A DNA stretch of 64,000 bases from Eledone cirrhosa (GCA_964016885.1 OZ024740.1:157108001-157172000), one strand, 5' to 3'; positions 41,342 through 54,499 are shown, numbered from the stretch's first letter. Numbers and translations are program-made. Notes: generated from the letters alone by a model not told the origin.

Positions 41342-41639
41342 TCTATATATATAAAACTGAGGATGTCTGTCTGTGTGTGTGTGAGTTTGAATCCCTAAAC
41401 CTCGAGAAGCACCCAACCGACTGTTTTCAAACTTTACACATGTAATACTTATGTTTGAGGAAGTGTTCTAAGCAAAAGAAATTTCAAATTTTCAATGCCC
41501 TATGGACCTCATTAGGCGATTTAGCGATCTCTCTCTGTAATTCTTAGTCTTTCTCTTTTTAGATAGATACATACATATAACATCGCACCCTTATAATATA
41601 TGTCTGATGTCTGCATTACGTCACTTCCCTGAGGATATC

Positions 41640-41724
<85 letters not shown>

Positions 41725-42102
41725 ATCCCTAAAACTCGAGAAGTACCCAACCGACTTTTTTCAAACTTTACATGTGTATTACTTATGTTTCAGGGAGTGT
41801 TATGCACATGCATATAAAGAATTTCAACTTTTGATCCCCTAGGACCCGCATTAGGTGAAAAACTTCGTTTTTTCAGGTTTTTAGGGGGTGTTTTAGGCGT
41901 TACATCAGACCGATTTCCTAGAAATTGTAACTATGTATTAGTCAGTCTCTTCTACGGTATGTAGAAGAGACTGACTAATACATAGTTACAACTTTTTTAT
42001 GGCCTAGGACCCGCATTAGGTGAAAAACTTCATTTTTTCAGACTTTTAGGGCTTTTTTGAGGCGTTACGTCTAGCCGATTTTCCCGAAATTTCAATTGCT
42101 AG
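41342..42102 (+). mobile_element. Non-autonomous Helitron family B, copy 1
   Basis: TCTATATATATAAAACTGAGG 5' end and CTAG|T 3' end. Internal duplications. Homologous to 43597-44479. Confidence 0.85.
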
Positions 42103-42146
42103 TTTATAATAAAACCACATCATAACATGTTAGAATATTATGTCAT

Positions 42147-42300
42147 GCGCATGGCTTAGCGGTTAGAGCATTGAGCTTGCAATTGAGAGGTTGTGAGTAA
42201 GATTCTCGGAACGGGTGATGCATTGTGTCCTTGAGCAAGACACTTTATTTCACGTTACTCCAGTTTACTCAGCTGTAGAAATGAGTTGTGACGTCATTGG
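42147..42300 (+). mobile_element. Family-2 SINE (further copies at 45715-45830 - and 46709-46855 +)
   Basis: gcgcatggcttagcggttagagc head and tgtccttgagcaagacactttatttcacgtt body. Confidence 0.8.
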
Positions 42301-42917
42301 TGCCAAATATACGGTAAATCCACATAGAATGTGTTCAAAGTACAGTATATTTGATTAAACTACATTGCAAAATGTCAAAAAATCACATTATATATGATAA
42401 AGCCATAACATAACGTGTGGTAAAATCACATTACAATGTGATAAAATCACATTACAATGTGATAAAACAATTTACATATGATAAAGTCACATATATGACG
42501 AATTGATAGAATCGTATGAACGTATGCCAAAATACCTCGAAATGTTTGTTCCAATTCTCTAGGATCTGAGTTTAAATAAAGGCGAGGCTAACTTTATTTT
42601 TATTCCAGTCGAAAAGTAACGAACCAGTTCAAGGCAGTTGATTGGGGGAATTGTTTGACTTTTAGACGAGACTCCATACAATATATCTTCCGAATCTTTG
42701 CGTTCTGAGTTCAAATACTGCTGTGGTGTTTTTTTATGTTAAACCTACGATTAACAATGCCTATGTATTCCATTAGCTTATCACTCTTTATGACCAGCTG
42801 GAAGGGAGAGCAAAGGTCGAGCGAGGTCAAAAAGTAAATAGGAAAAGATATATATATATATATATATATGGCAGTTTATTCGACATTTGAATTAGCTCAA
42901 CAAATTAACGGAGCCGA

Positions 42918-43457
42918 ATATATCAAAGGTATATATTGAGTTAGAAACTCAAAATAGTCTCTTACAATAAAATAGCTCTAGGAAAGAGAATTTTCCGAGC
43001 CGTATATTATAATGGCTGCTATTTTTAGTGGTGTAAGTTTGTGAGACGCGCTAAGTTCAGATACCTTGTGCACTGTTCAGTTTCTTAATATACTTAGAAG
43101 TATCTATGATACTAATTCTTCACCCACTGATGAGCAAGAATTCGGCATTCCTATTCACAATTAATTTTGCGATACAGCAGTACCAAAAGCTATCTGGATG
43201 ATTGGTAGTTACCACAATTCCGGTTTGTATTTATTTTCTTGATTTATTCTTAAATTGAACAGGCAAACCCTATTGTCTATAGTTAGTATTCTTTTCACCT
43301 TAGCGAATCTGGTCCCTTACGATTTGAACACATATATGTATATATCTGTGTTCGTCTTTCTTTTATATTCAATTATAATATACGGCTCGGAAAAATCTTT
43401 CCTATAGCTATTTTATTGTAAGAGACTATTTTGAGTTTCTAACTCAGCATATACCTT

Positions 43458-43465
<8 letters not shown>
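42918..43465. mobile_element. Module with ~95-bp inverted arms and a decayed internal HHR
   Basis: 42918-43013 is inverted at 43372-43465. CTGATGA gcaagaatt...aattttgc GATA cagcag TA at ~43127-43182. Confidence 0.65.
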
Positions 43466-43491
<26 letters not shown>

Positions 43492-43596
43492 CGAACGAAG
43501 TGTGGTAAGGAACCAGGTGGACCATAACGCACCAGAGTACTCAATACTTAGAGTAGTAGAGTGAGTAATAGGAAAATGTTCAAGACCTCGTTATAA

Positions 43597-44479
43597 TCTA
43601 TATATATAAAACTGAGGATGTCTGTCTGTGTGTGTCTGAGTTTGAATCCCTAAAACTCAAGAAGCACCCAACCGACTGTTTTCAAACTTTACACGTGTAA
43701 TACTTATGTTTGAGAAAGTGTTCTGAGCAAAAAGATTTCAAATTTTCATTAGGCGATTTAGCGATCTCTCTCTCTGTAATTCTTAGTCTTTCTCTTTTTA
43801 GATAGATACATACATATAAAGTCGCACCCTTATATATGTCTAACTGTCTGCATTACGTCACTTCCCTAAGGATGTCTGCCTGTGTGTGTGTGTGTGAATC
43901 CTTAAAACTCGAGAAGTACCCAACCGACTTTTTTCAAACTTTACATGTGTATTACTTATGTTTCAGGGAGTGTTATGCACATAAAGAATTTCAACTTTTG
44001 ATCCCCTAGGGCCCGCATTAGGTGAAAAACTTCGTTTTTTTTCAGGTTTTTAGGGGTTTTTTGAGGCGTTACGTCAGACCGATTTCCTTGAAATTGTAAC
44101 TATCTATTAGTCAGTTTCTTCTACGTGCCGTAAGCAAAAAAAATCCAACTTGTTTATGGCCTAGGACCTGCATTAGGTGAAAAACTTCATTTTTTCCGTT
44201 TTTTAGGGCTTTTTTTGAGCCGTTACGTCTATCCGATTTTCGCGTAATTTCAAGGCATATTTGGAACATACTAAAAATTCATTTTCTTTATCCCTAGGGC
44301 CCGCATTAGGTGAAAACCTGCATTTTTCCTGCTTCATCTAGGAAAATCTTAAAGATTATCCAGCCATCAGAGTATTCGATTTATTTTCTTTACATATTGT
44401 CCAGGCATGCAGTTTTTCTATGATTAGGTCTGTTGGCGGCCCACGTTCCAAAATACTTTATCCCGAGTACCACTGCTAG
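43597..44479 (+). mobile_element. Non-autonomous Helitron family B, copy 2
   Basis: A|TCTATATATATAAAACTGAGG ... gCTAG|T. Inserted into a (TA)n-anchored inverted module spanning 43491-44690. Confidence 0.88.
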
Positions 44480-45961
44480 TATATAGTATATTATAAAGAG
44501 TCGAGACTCCAACGGCTGATCTCTTGCCGTTTCAACAGCTAATTTCAGTCTGGAACTAGCTGTTGAAATGGCAAATGTTCTGCTGTCGGGGTCTCGACTC
44601 TTTATAATATAACCATACTTTACTACCCCAAGTATCGAGTAATCTGGTGAATAATGGTCTAACCAGTTTCAACCCGATTCGATCATGTACTGTGCCGTTT
44701 GTTTTGTTATTTTTGTTTACCTTTTACGTATGCACGTATATATATATATGTGTGTGTGCATGTTATTTTCATTCTGAGTTGAAATCCTACTGTGATCTAT
44801 TTGAACGGTGTAGGTTTAATACCTCCACATAGGACCCCCTTTGGTTAACCCCACTGTGTTTCAACCAATCACGTCACATCTAGGCTTAGAATTTATATCT
44901 CTGCCCTTCGAAATCTCTCCAAAACCAACGAGATCTATATGGTTAATGGATTGTTGTTTATCCTATATAATGTAAAGTGAATGAATGAATTTGTTACTAA
45001 TTGAAATTTCCAACGATACGTTATAAATTTTATTTTATAAAGCAGTTTATTATATAAAAACCGAGAAAGGAGTTTTTTTACGGTAATTCACTTCACTGTT
45101 TGATTGAACATAACGATTACAATAAATTACGTGCGAAGCAATTAAACCTGAAATTTGGAGGAAAACCCATAATAACAATTGTGGTTATAATTTTTTGATT
45201 TTCAGTATGTTTCTCCGTTTGGGATTTTATTTGATTTAAAAACATTATTTCATGAGAGGCTATAGAGGTGAGTCAGTGTCGAAGACTTTAAAATTAATTG
45301 TAAAAAGGTTAGGTGATTTGTTATCGCTATGGGTCTTTAACAGAAACATTGCTGAATAATGGAATGGAAAAATCTAACGTTCTAAATAACATATTACATA
45401 TAGACAACGTTATTGGCGAAACAACAGCAACAACAACAAAGAAAGCTGTTATTTTGTTTTGACTTAGCCAAAAACAGAAATAGGAGTGGGAAAGAGAAAG
45501 AAGTGGAAAAGTAAGGGATACAAAATTAGGAGAAGGTGATTGTGGGGTCGAGGAAGACGAAGAGAAGGCATTATTTTCGAATCGATCGACATTCCAGAAC
45601 TCATCTGCTTACCATGTGGTATGGCACTCGTCAAATCGGACCAAGGAAACAATGTTTCCATTGGTATCTCCATTGCTGCTATTATCTACCCGTTGCAACT
45701 CCTGGCAGAAAAAATAAACATGAAATAAAGTGTCTTGCTCAAGGACACAACACATCACCTGGTCCGAAAATCGAAATCGCAACCTCACGATTGCAAATCC
45801 AATTTTTTAACCACTAAGCCACGCGCCTATACATTATAGATACAGCTCAAGGTATACAAAAATGAATTTACGGTGTCATTATCTTCTTCATTGCTGTACT
45901 TTGATATCGACTGGAAATAGATTGTTTCGTATCTCACGTGAGACACTGAGCTGAATCTATA

Positions 45962-46470
45962 ATGGTTCCTGATTTAGGCACAAGGCCAACAATTTTGGGG
46001 GGAAGGGAAAGTTGATTAATTCGACTCAGTGCGTCACTGGTACTTTATTTTATCGTCCACATAAGAATGAAAGGCAAAGCTAATCTCGACGGGATTTGAA
46101 CTCAGAACGTAAAGGGTCGTAATTCTAAGCCACGAAGTAGGGTGTCCGACGCTCTACCGATATTGCCAATTCACCACCCTACTGAGCTATATCTACAATA
46201 GATACATATCGTGTTTCTATAAGCTGTAGTTGCTGCAGTGATTATGATGGTGGTGATGATGATGATGAAGATCCTGAAGATAATAATTGTTTCTACTTTT
46301 GGCACAAGGCCAGCAATTATCCCAGTGCATTACTGGTACTTTATTTATCGACCTCGTAAGGATGAAAGGCAAAGTTAACCTCGGCGGGATTTGAACTCAG
46401 ACCATAAAGGGCCGTAACTCTTTGCTGGAAAGCATGGCATCCGACCCTCTACCGATACTGCCAATCCACT
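45962..46470 (-). mobile_element. Two family-1 SINEs (45962-46180, 46283-46470)
   Basis: Consensus matches. The second is flanked by the direct repeat gatcctgaagataataat (TSD). Confidence 0.88.
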
Positions 46471-49400
46471 GATCCTGAAGATAATAATGATGATGCTGCG
46501 GATCAACTTTGACTTTTATCTTTTCGAGGGTTGATAAAATAAAGTCTCTGTTCAGGGCGGTGGATTAGCAGAATTGCGAGAACGTCAGTCGATTGTTCCA
46601 GTTATTTAAATTCTGAGCTGAAATACCCATGTTACCTATTTGGACGGTAGACATAATCTGTCTCCTGGCTTAGTAATTACATTTATGATATAGATACCTC
46701 AATTGTGAAGGCGCATGGCTTAGTGGTTAGAGCATTGGGCTTGCATTGCAATCGAAACGTTGTGCGTTCAATTCTAGGACCGGGTGATGTGTTGTTTCCT
46801 TGAGCAAGACACTTTATTTCAGGTTGCTCCAGTTTACTCAGATGTAGAAATGAGATGATAGGACTGGGGTCCCTATCATTAAATTACCCAAGACACCTCC
46901 AACGAGATATACCTTGGATAAGGCGAGCTAAACCTGCACGTGAGCTGTCACACAAACACTCTGTTTCAATTATTCATGTCAGGTCTCTGATTTGAAGAAA
47001 TCTTCCGACATTATTTCCATGGGTCTCAATGGCAATGAAAATCATCAATGTAACTGCTCCTTCCTCCCTAATCAAGCAGTTAAAGAATAAGGACATATAT
47101 TATGAGTCTGTATTGTAGTCGATTATATCAAACACTGTGGAGGCAGCATGGTGGTTAAGCGGTTCACTTCGAAATCATTAGGTTCAAGGGTTAATCCTAC
47201 TTCGTGGTATCATGGGCAAGAGTCAATTACCACAGTTTCAGATTGACTCATCCTTGAGAGTGAAATTAGGTAAACAGAAACTGTTTGGAAGTCCGTCTGA
47301 TTGACAGTATTAGTAATTCGAAGGACTAGCCATGTGATACACTGTATCACACTGAATCTCCCTAAAAATTACGTGAAGAGGTACACGTGTCTATATAGTG
47401 CTCAGCTACTTACACGTTAATTTCATAGACAACTTCTTCCGTTAATTGAACAGTTGGAACACCATTCGATTCATATTAAATACAGTACTTGTCTAGAACT
47501 TGGATTTATCTTATCGACCCTGAAAGAATGAAAGGTAAAGCCAAACTCAGCAGAAATTGAAATCATCAAACAACTTCACGTAATTAAATACCACAAGCTA
47601 TATATTTATATTGGCTATCAACCACATGAATTCCTTACCTTCGTTGAATTCACGTGAACTTATTTACTAATTGGCTATGGGGAGGGAAGGACTACAATGT
47701 GAGATTTCAAATATAAAAGGGCCCCATAATAAAGATTCCGTTACTAATGGCAACGAGAGATTTCACCGGTAAATGTGGTAGGTTACGAAGGCGAACTCTA
47801 CCCTCTCTTTTATAAAGTGTTGTTTTTGTGCCAAGTCAAATAAGAATATAATTAATATAGTATTGAAAATATTGATTGGCAAAAAGCCACAAATTATTTG
47901 GGGTCAGGGCTATAATCGACTGACTGGTTTTTTCCTATTTTATCGATACCGGTATTTTGAAAGACATAAATGACTGAAGCTAGTGTTTGAGCTCAAAATA
48001 TTGATGGGTGAGACTAATTATTCAACATTTTTATTCCACTTCACTACCGCCGGAAGAATATTCAGATATTTTGTCAAAATAATATAGAAAACGGTATTCC
48101 TTTTAATTAATGTGTTACGGTATATTAACTAATTTTGTGACTACCCCATACTAACTACTCTACACCTCATTTGATTATAATATATTGCATTTGGTATTAT
48201 TAGAAACACACCCTACAAAGTCGTCGTTAAATTAAGGTATATGTTTTAAGTATTGCAGTTGATTTGATAAAATACACCGTCATTACGCCTACGTTTAAAA
48301 GTTATACTACCATTATACAAATTGAAAAAATAAAGGATAGAGCCTTTGTCAAAATACTCTTGTGTATTTAATTACGGTTATTTCGAATGGCGCTAATGTC
48401 AATTTTGCATTTCATCTTTAAGGCGTCGTTGAAATAAAATAACAGCCTTGTGATATCATTGATTTAATTGACTCTATAATTCTACATAAAATTAATGGTA
48501 TTGTGATTACGTTTAAAACCATCATTAAAAATACACAAGAGCGTCGAATGAAATACCTTGCTGTATTTATTTCAATATTTTACGTTCTGAGATCGAATTC
48601 CACACAGATAATTTTGTACCTTTCACACTTCAGGAGTCGATAAAATAAAGCGCCGATCAAGTTCTAACGCTATATAATCGACTAACCTCCTCCCTTGCGT
48701 TAGAATCATTATTAGAAATCAACCAAGGCTGCGGATTATCAGTCTCCTTAGATTCATCAGTAAATTTCCCTTTACGTTTTAAAATATGTGTTCAATTTTT
48801 GTCGGGATCGATAACATTACTACCAGAGAAGTACTGGCATCAATTTAATATTCCTTCATTAGATTTCTGGTTTTGTATGAATGTCAAAATAAAAACCAAT
48901 ATTACAAACAGTTTAGAAATACTGGAAGAACCGTCAAACATATTTGTTTGACTACTCTTCCATTAATGTTTTGGAGAAAAGCTGAACTATATACATAAGC
49001 GATTATTAATATGTTTATCAGAAATTTATTATTTAAACTGTCAAATATCTTCTCTAATGAACAAATCTTCAATATAGTATGATTAATCCCTTCATAGGCA
49101 TAGTTTTAAAGACAAAATATTATATTGAAACAAATATTAAAAAACTTTAATTTAAGAATAGAAAAATAAATATTAGTTCATTCCATCGCCCCCTCTCAAG
49201 GTGATCATCCCATTTATATGATTCTTCCGCTTACTTAACATTTTCCGCCACTGAATAAATAGTATAACTGTCGGCAAAAGTATTATCAAAATATTATATT
49301 CAACAACATCTAAATTTACCAGAAATATAGCTTCCCAATAGAGTAGCAAAATTAAAACAACACAGCAGTAACCTTATAACTAACAATTGTAACTGCACAA

Positions 49401-49699
49401 TCTCCAGTAGTTTCTGACCCCTGAAGTTTCTTTTAGTTTCAATCATTCATTAAATTTATGCGATTTATAAGTCATTAAGTGGATTTATTATTGAGATTTT
49501 TCTAGCACGTTGAACAAAGAAAGAAAATGGATTATTCCCTGAGAAATTGATATGGCTACATCAAAAGGTAGTACTATATCACTACACTACGCATTTTGTA
49601 AGGCTTTTTACAATTTGTTGGACACCAGGTCCGAACACAAAAGAGCTTAACTCCCACTGTCATTGCCTCCATCTCTCTCGCCCTCCCCATTTCTCACTA

Positions 49700-50480
49700 T
49701 TATGAGCAAATGGGGTTCCACGTGCTGGTAGCCCCACGGCCCCGGCGAACAGAATGGAGAAGACGTTTCCCCGTAGGATGGTAAGGGAGATGCACAGGAA
49801 GAGCCATGCCATCTTGCAAGGTTCACGCATGCGGCTAGCCAGCTCAGCGCCTATGGTGGAAAGTAGGGAGGTAGCCCTAGGGCCAAGGACACCAGAAGTC
49901 TCCACTTCTAGGGGTTCGACTGCAAACCTGCCGGAGAGCGACCGATACTTGGAAAGTTTACCCTCTTCAGCCCGAAGTGCAGCAGAACCTGAATTACTCG
50001 CAGACTGCACAAGGTTGCCGCTGGGGAATGTGTCACTGCAAGTGTCATCCCAGACGAGGGGTTTACCACAGCGGAACTGGAAGCTGGTCATGCCGTTAGG
50101 CCTTTTACCTCGGTCCAGCTCCACCGGCTCGATCTGGGAGGGGGAAGCCTGCAGCATCCAAACCATGCTTTATGACCTCGTTGAGAGCAACATGGCGTGG
50201 AAGGCGGCCGGCACTGTAGCAACAGGAAAGCGGGTGGAGGCCGAAAGCGTCCACGGTGGATCCGCAGCGACATTTGTGTGACTTTCAGATCCGGAGGCCA
50301 AGCCTCAGGGAAACTCAGTCTATCATTGTCAAGCTGCGAGCCAGTAGAGAAGGAGAGTAAGGCCTGTGAGATTGTGAGGTCACCCGAAAACGTGTAAGAC
50401 AGCGCTGGTCGAGCTGGTGCGCTAGCCTGTTTGAGGCCAGGTTGCACTGGATGGCATCCCAAATACTCGGGGGGAGGGGA
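49700..50480 (-). mobile_element. CRE-clade (restriction-like endonuclease) LINE 3' remnant
   Basis: [17 protein letters not shown] (CCHC knuckle), [52 protein letters not shown]. Frameshifted. Confidence 0.85.
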
Positions 50481-50898
50481 CAAGCAAGTTGAAACTCCTA
50501 TACCAGCATTATACACATTACTCCCATAACCCGACTAAATTCAATGTTATATTATTTTAAGTTTTATCAGGAATTTAAAACTAAAATCATATCTGGGGTA
50601 GGGAGGCGGAAGTGCAGGAGCACTGAGTCGCGATCGTGTGTTGACGCTTCATATGTCTTCTGCGAATGAGTGTGTGAGTTTTGCTATGTTCACTGGTCAG
50701 AAGCAAAGCAGTTGAGCTTTTCACAGGTACATTTAGTCCGGATACGAGGATATTTTATCTCGAAAATTAAAGTCATATTTGAATAAAGAACGAGTAACAC
50801 AGAGCATCTTTGTTGCCTTCCTTTATCTTAAATCGTACCACACCTTTCGCATTATCTCAGCCTTCAAGCACAATGATTCAAGTAAACTACAACACTTT

Positions 50899-51000
<102 letters not shown>

Positions 51001-51103
51001 AAAAATTGTATACACATATTTATTAGAATGGTATTGAAGTGTGTATACATGAATGTATGTATAGTATATTTGGCAGAATTCTATAAGAATCCAGCTTGTA
51101 TAA

Positions 51104-51194
51104 TTTTCGGTGAAAGCCGGAGAGTGCGTAGCTCTGATGATCGCCAACCAGCGTGAAACAGACTGTCAGCTTCTCTCTCTTCTTTCACCGAAAA
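51104..51194 (+). ncRNA. Hammerhead motif with extended stem I and GUC cleavage site
   Basis: ttttcggtgaaag..gagag..agct CTGATGA t-cgc-caacca-gcg-t GAAA cag-a-ctg TC agct..ctctc..ctttcaccgaaaa. Confidence 0.8.
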
Positions 51195-51298
51195 GAAGTA
51201 AGTGACATAGTCACTACTTTAAAACTGATAGCGTATGGTTTTCTAAATGTTTTTAATTAAACATACGGTATATTGTCAAATATACTATATATACATTC

Positions 51299-51339
<41 letters not shown>

Positions 51340-51996
51340 TATTCTCGAAATGAACATATATATAATTTATGTTACTTTAAAAATTTAGTAACAAGTGAAT
51401 TTAATGCATCCTATATCGACAGAAACTTGTGTCGGTCATTACCATAGGAATCTCATTTTATTTATATCTTACTACACTTATCGTCCCAATATAATTTTAC
51501 ATGTATATTGGAAAATATATGTAGAACTATATGGATAGAATAAATTATTTCATACTAAGACATCCTGTTACCTAATTATTGTAATTATTTCAATTATCTA
51601 AGTTTGAATTATCTTGTACTCCCCCCCCCCCCCCTTGTACTCTGGCAATCTCCCAGTTCTGGTAGTATCAATCAGCTGTAGGAAGATATAATAATCCAAA
51701 ATAAAATGATTTGAACCCAGTATTCAAGTGAAATTTTAAACTATGAAAATTATTTTTGATTATCACAAAGTTAGTCTTCCATAATTCTATTTTAAATTCT
51801 AAAATTCTTTTCTAATTGGGAATATGGTTCAGAGTTAAATATAAACGAATTATAAACTATTACCACCCATTTCGTTCAAACTGAATGGCAGTTACATGAA
51901 AAATACAATTATTGATATTCTTAATTCAAAATTTTTTTTAGTCCAGAATTAGCCGTCGAAACGGCTTGAGCTCAGCCGTCGGGGTCCTACTCGTTC

Positions 51997-52046
<50 letters not shown>

Positions 52047-52047
52047 C

Positions 52048-52266
52048 AATGATATTAATGAATGAAAACTATATTTATAAAACCATATTTATTCTATTAC
52101 ATATTTATTCTAGTACCTATTTCAAGGGTACCAAAACTTTGGTACGCTTACATCAGATAAAATACTAAGTTTGTTTCATAAATATTGACATATCCGTTTT
52201 GACGGCTATTTCTGGTCCAGAAATAGCCGTCGAAACGGCTTGAGCTCTGCCGTCTGGGTTAAACAT

Positions 52267-52272
<6 letters not shown>
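52048..52272. mobile_element. Chimeric module with outward-facing termini
   Basis: The left part is the reverse complement of the 53975-54085 family, with a decayed HHR (CTGATGT). The right part is the gtcgaaacggcttgagctc(a/t)gccgtc family. Confidence 0.7.
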
Positions 52273-52307
<35 letters not shown>

Positions 52308-52568
52308 AAAGTTAAACAAGGTTCAATGAATACATCAAAGAATAAGTTTTACAATAGATTGGAAGCACTCTACAGTCAAAAGGTTTTCCAGAGTTATTAA
52401 TATTAATTCAAAATATTAACAAAATAGATATTCTTGTGATCAATTATATTTTATTATACATATTTCAGAGGTACTGAGTTAAGTTCAACAGTACGTCCTC
52501 ATCAGATAAAATAAGATGATGCATGACATACCCTGACATAGTAGATGGTTAAGATTCAGTCATGGTAT

Positions 52569-53386
52569 CTGATGAGGACGTACTGTTGTACATGGTAGAA
52601 CCATGACTGAATCTTAACCATCTACTATGTCATGGTATGTCATGCATCATCTTATTTTATCTGATGAGGACGTACTGTTGTACATGGTAGAACCATGACT
52701 GAATCTTAACCATCTACTATGTCATGGTATGTCATGCATCATCTTATTTTATCTGATGAGGACGTACTGTTGTACATGGTAAAACCATGACTGAATCTTA
52801 ACCATCTACTATGTCAGGGTATGTCATGCATCATCTTATTTTATCTGATGAGGACGTACTGTTGTACATGGTAAAACCATGACTGAATCTTAACCATCTA
52901 CTATGTCATGGTATGTCATGCATCATCTTATGTTATCTGATGAGGACGTACTGTTGTACATGGTAGAACCATGACTGAATCTTAACCATCTACTATGTCA
53001 GGGTATGTCATGCATCATCTTATTTTATCTGATGAGGACGTACTGTTGTACATGGTAAAACCATGACTGAATCTTAACCATCTACTATGTCATGGTATGT
53101 CATGCATCATCTTATGTTATCTGATAAGGACGTACTGTTGTACATGGTAGAACCATGACTGAATCTTAACCATCTACTGTGTCAGGGTATGTCATGCATC
53201 ATCTTATTTTATCTGATGAGGACGTACTGTTGTACATGGTAGAACCATGACTGAATCTTAACCATCTACTATGTCATGGTATGTCATGCAACATCTTATT
53301 TTATCTGATGAGGGCGTACTGTTGTACGTGGTAGAACCATGACTGAATCTTAACCATCTACTATGTCATGCATCATCTTATTTTAT
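52569..53386 (+). repeat. 92-bp tandem repeat x9 (last unit 82 bp) containing the HHR 5' half
   Basis: CTGAT(G/A)AG starts at 52569, 52661, 52753, 52845, 52937, 53029, 53121, 53213, 53305 and 53387. Confidence 0.95.
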
Positions 53387-53445
53387 CTGATGAGGACGTA
53401 CTGTTGAACTTAACTCAGTACCTCTGAAATATGTATAATAAAATA
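53379..53445 (+). ncRNA. Minimal type I hammerhead motif (mirror at 52447-52513 -)
   Basis: tattttat CTGATGA ggacgtactg-ttgaacttaact-cagtacctct GAAA t-atgt-a TA ataaaata. Confidence 0.8.
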
Positions 53446-53486
53446 TAATTGATCACAAGAATATCTATTTTGTTAATAGTTTGAAT

Positions 53487-53566
<80 letters not shown>

Positions 53567-53570
53567 ATAT

Positions 53571-53720
53571 GAAAAGAAACAGGAGCCCGACGGCTGAGCT
53601 GTCGAAACGGCCGGAGCTCAGCCGTCGGGGTCCTAAATCTTTTCATATGACTCACTCTACTACCATATCGAGTACTCTGGTGCATATGGTTCACCTGGTA
53701 TCTTACCATACCCTTTCTGA
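53571..53720 (+). mobile_element. Short fold-back module
   Basis: cccgacggctgagct..agctcagccgtcggg hairpin, then terminus ctactac..gagtactctggtgc..cacctgg..ttacca, which is shared with 43491-43570 (inverted) and 44615-44670. Confidence 0.7.
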
Positions 53721-53741
53721 TATATATATATATATATATAT

Positions 53742-54167
53742 ATACGATATTAAATAAATGGAAACTATATTTATAAAACCATATTTATTTCATTATACAT
53801 ATTTCAGGGATACCAAATTAAAATATGGTATGCCTTCATCAGACAAAATACAATATATAAACAGTTTTATAAATAATTTTGACGTACACTATTAGATGCA
53901 ACCATTATTTTTGGAAGCTGTGTTTATTTATAAAACTGTTTATATATTGTATTTATAAAACTGTTTATATATTGTATTTTTTCTGATGAAGGCATACCAT
54001 ATTTTAATTTGGTATCCCTGAAATATGTATAATGAAATAAATATGGTTTTATAAATATAGTTTCCATTTATTTAATATCGTATATCTACTCCAAAAACTT
54101 GTCGAGTGCTTTATATCAGTTATAAAATATTTACTTGTTGTATCCCAACAATTTTAAATAGAACTTT

Positions 54168-54172
<5 letters not shown>
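53742..54172. mobile_element. Palindromic module with two HHRs (53787-53850 -, 53975-54039 +)
   Basis: Arms 53742-53877 and ~53950-54085. CTGATGA aggcatacca-loop-tggtatccct GAAA t-atgt-a TA. Confidence 0.8.
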
Positions 54173-54248
<76 letters not shown>

Positions 54249-54339
54249 ATTTTTTTATAGCGAGTCAATTCTTTCGTTGCTACGTATATATACAAAATAT
54301 AATTTGAAGCTTTTGAGTAGAGAAAATAGTTTAATGGCA

Positions 54340-54458
54340 GGGGATATAAGCCCCCATAACGGAATAAAAATAGGCAAAAATTGGATGGGAAGATTAGTAG
54401 TTTCGATTCCCACGCGTGTTGATGCGCATTTTTTCCGTTATGGGGGCTAATATGCCCT
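54340..54458. mobile_element. Short MITE-like element
   Basis: ~28-bp inverted repeats, ataagcccccataacggaa / ttccgttatgggggctaat. Confidence 0.5.
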
Positions 54459-54499
54459 ATTATTAGACAACTGTTGTTGTCTGTCATGTTCGTATAGTA

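Larger units (their letters stand above)
52305..53492. mobile_element. Palindromic HHR module enclosing a tandem array
   Basis: 52400-52566 is the reverse complement of the last array unit plus 53387-53492. Full HHRs at 52447-52513 (-) and 53379-53445 (+). Confidence 0.85.

Noticed and set aside
52569-53386. CRISPR-like array
   Set aside because: Units are near-identical along their whole length with no unique spacers, there are no cas genes, and the context is eukaryotic.
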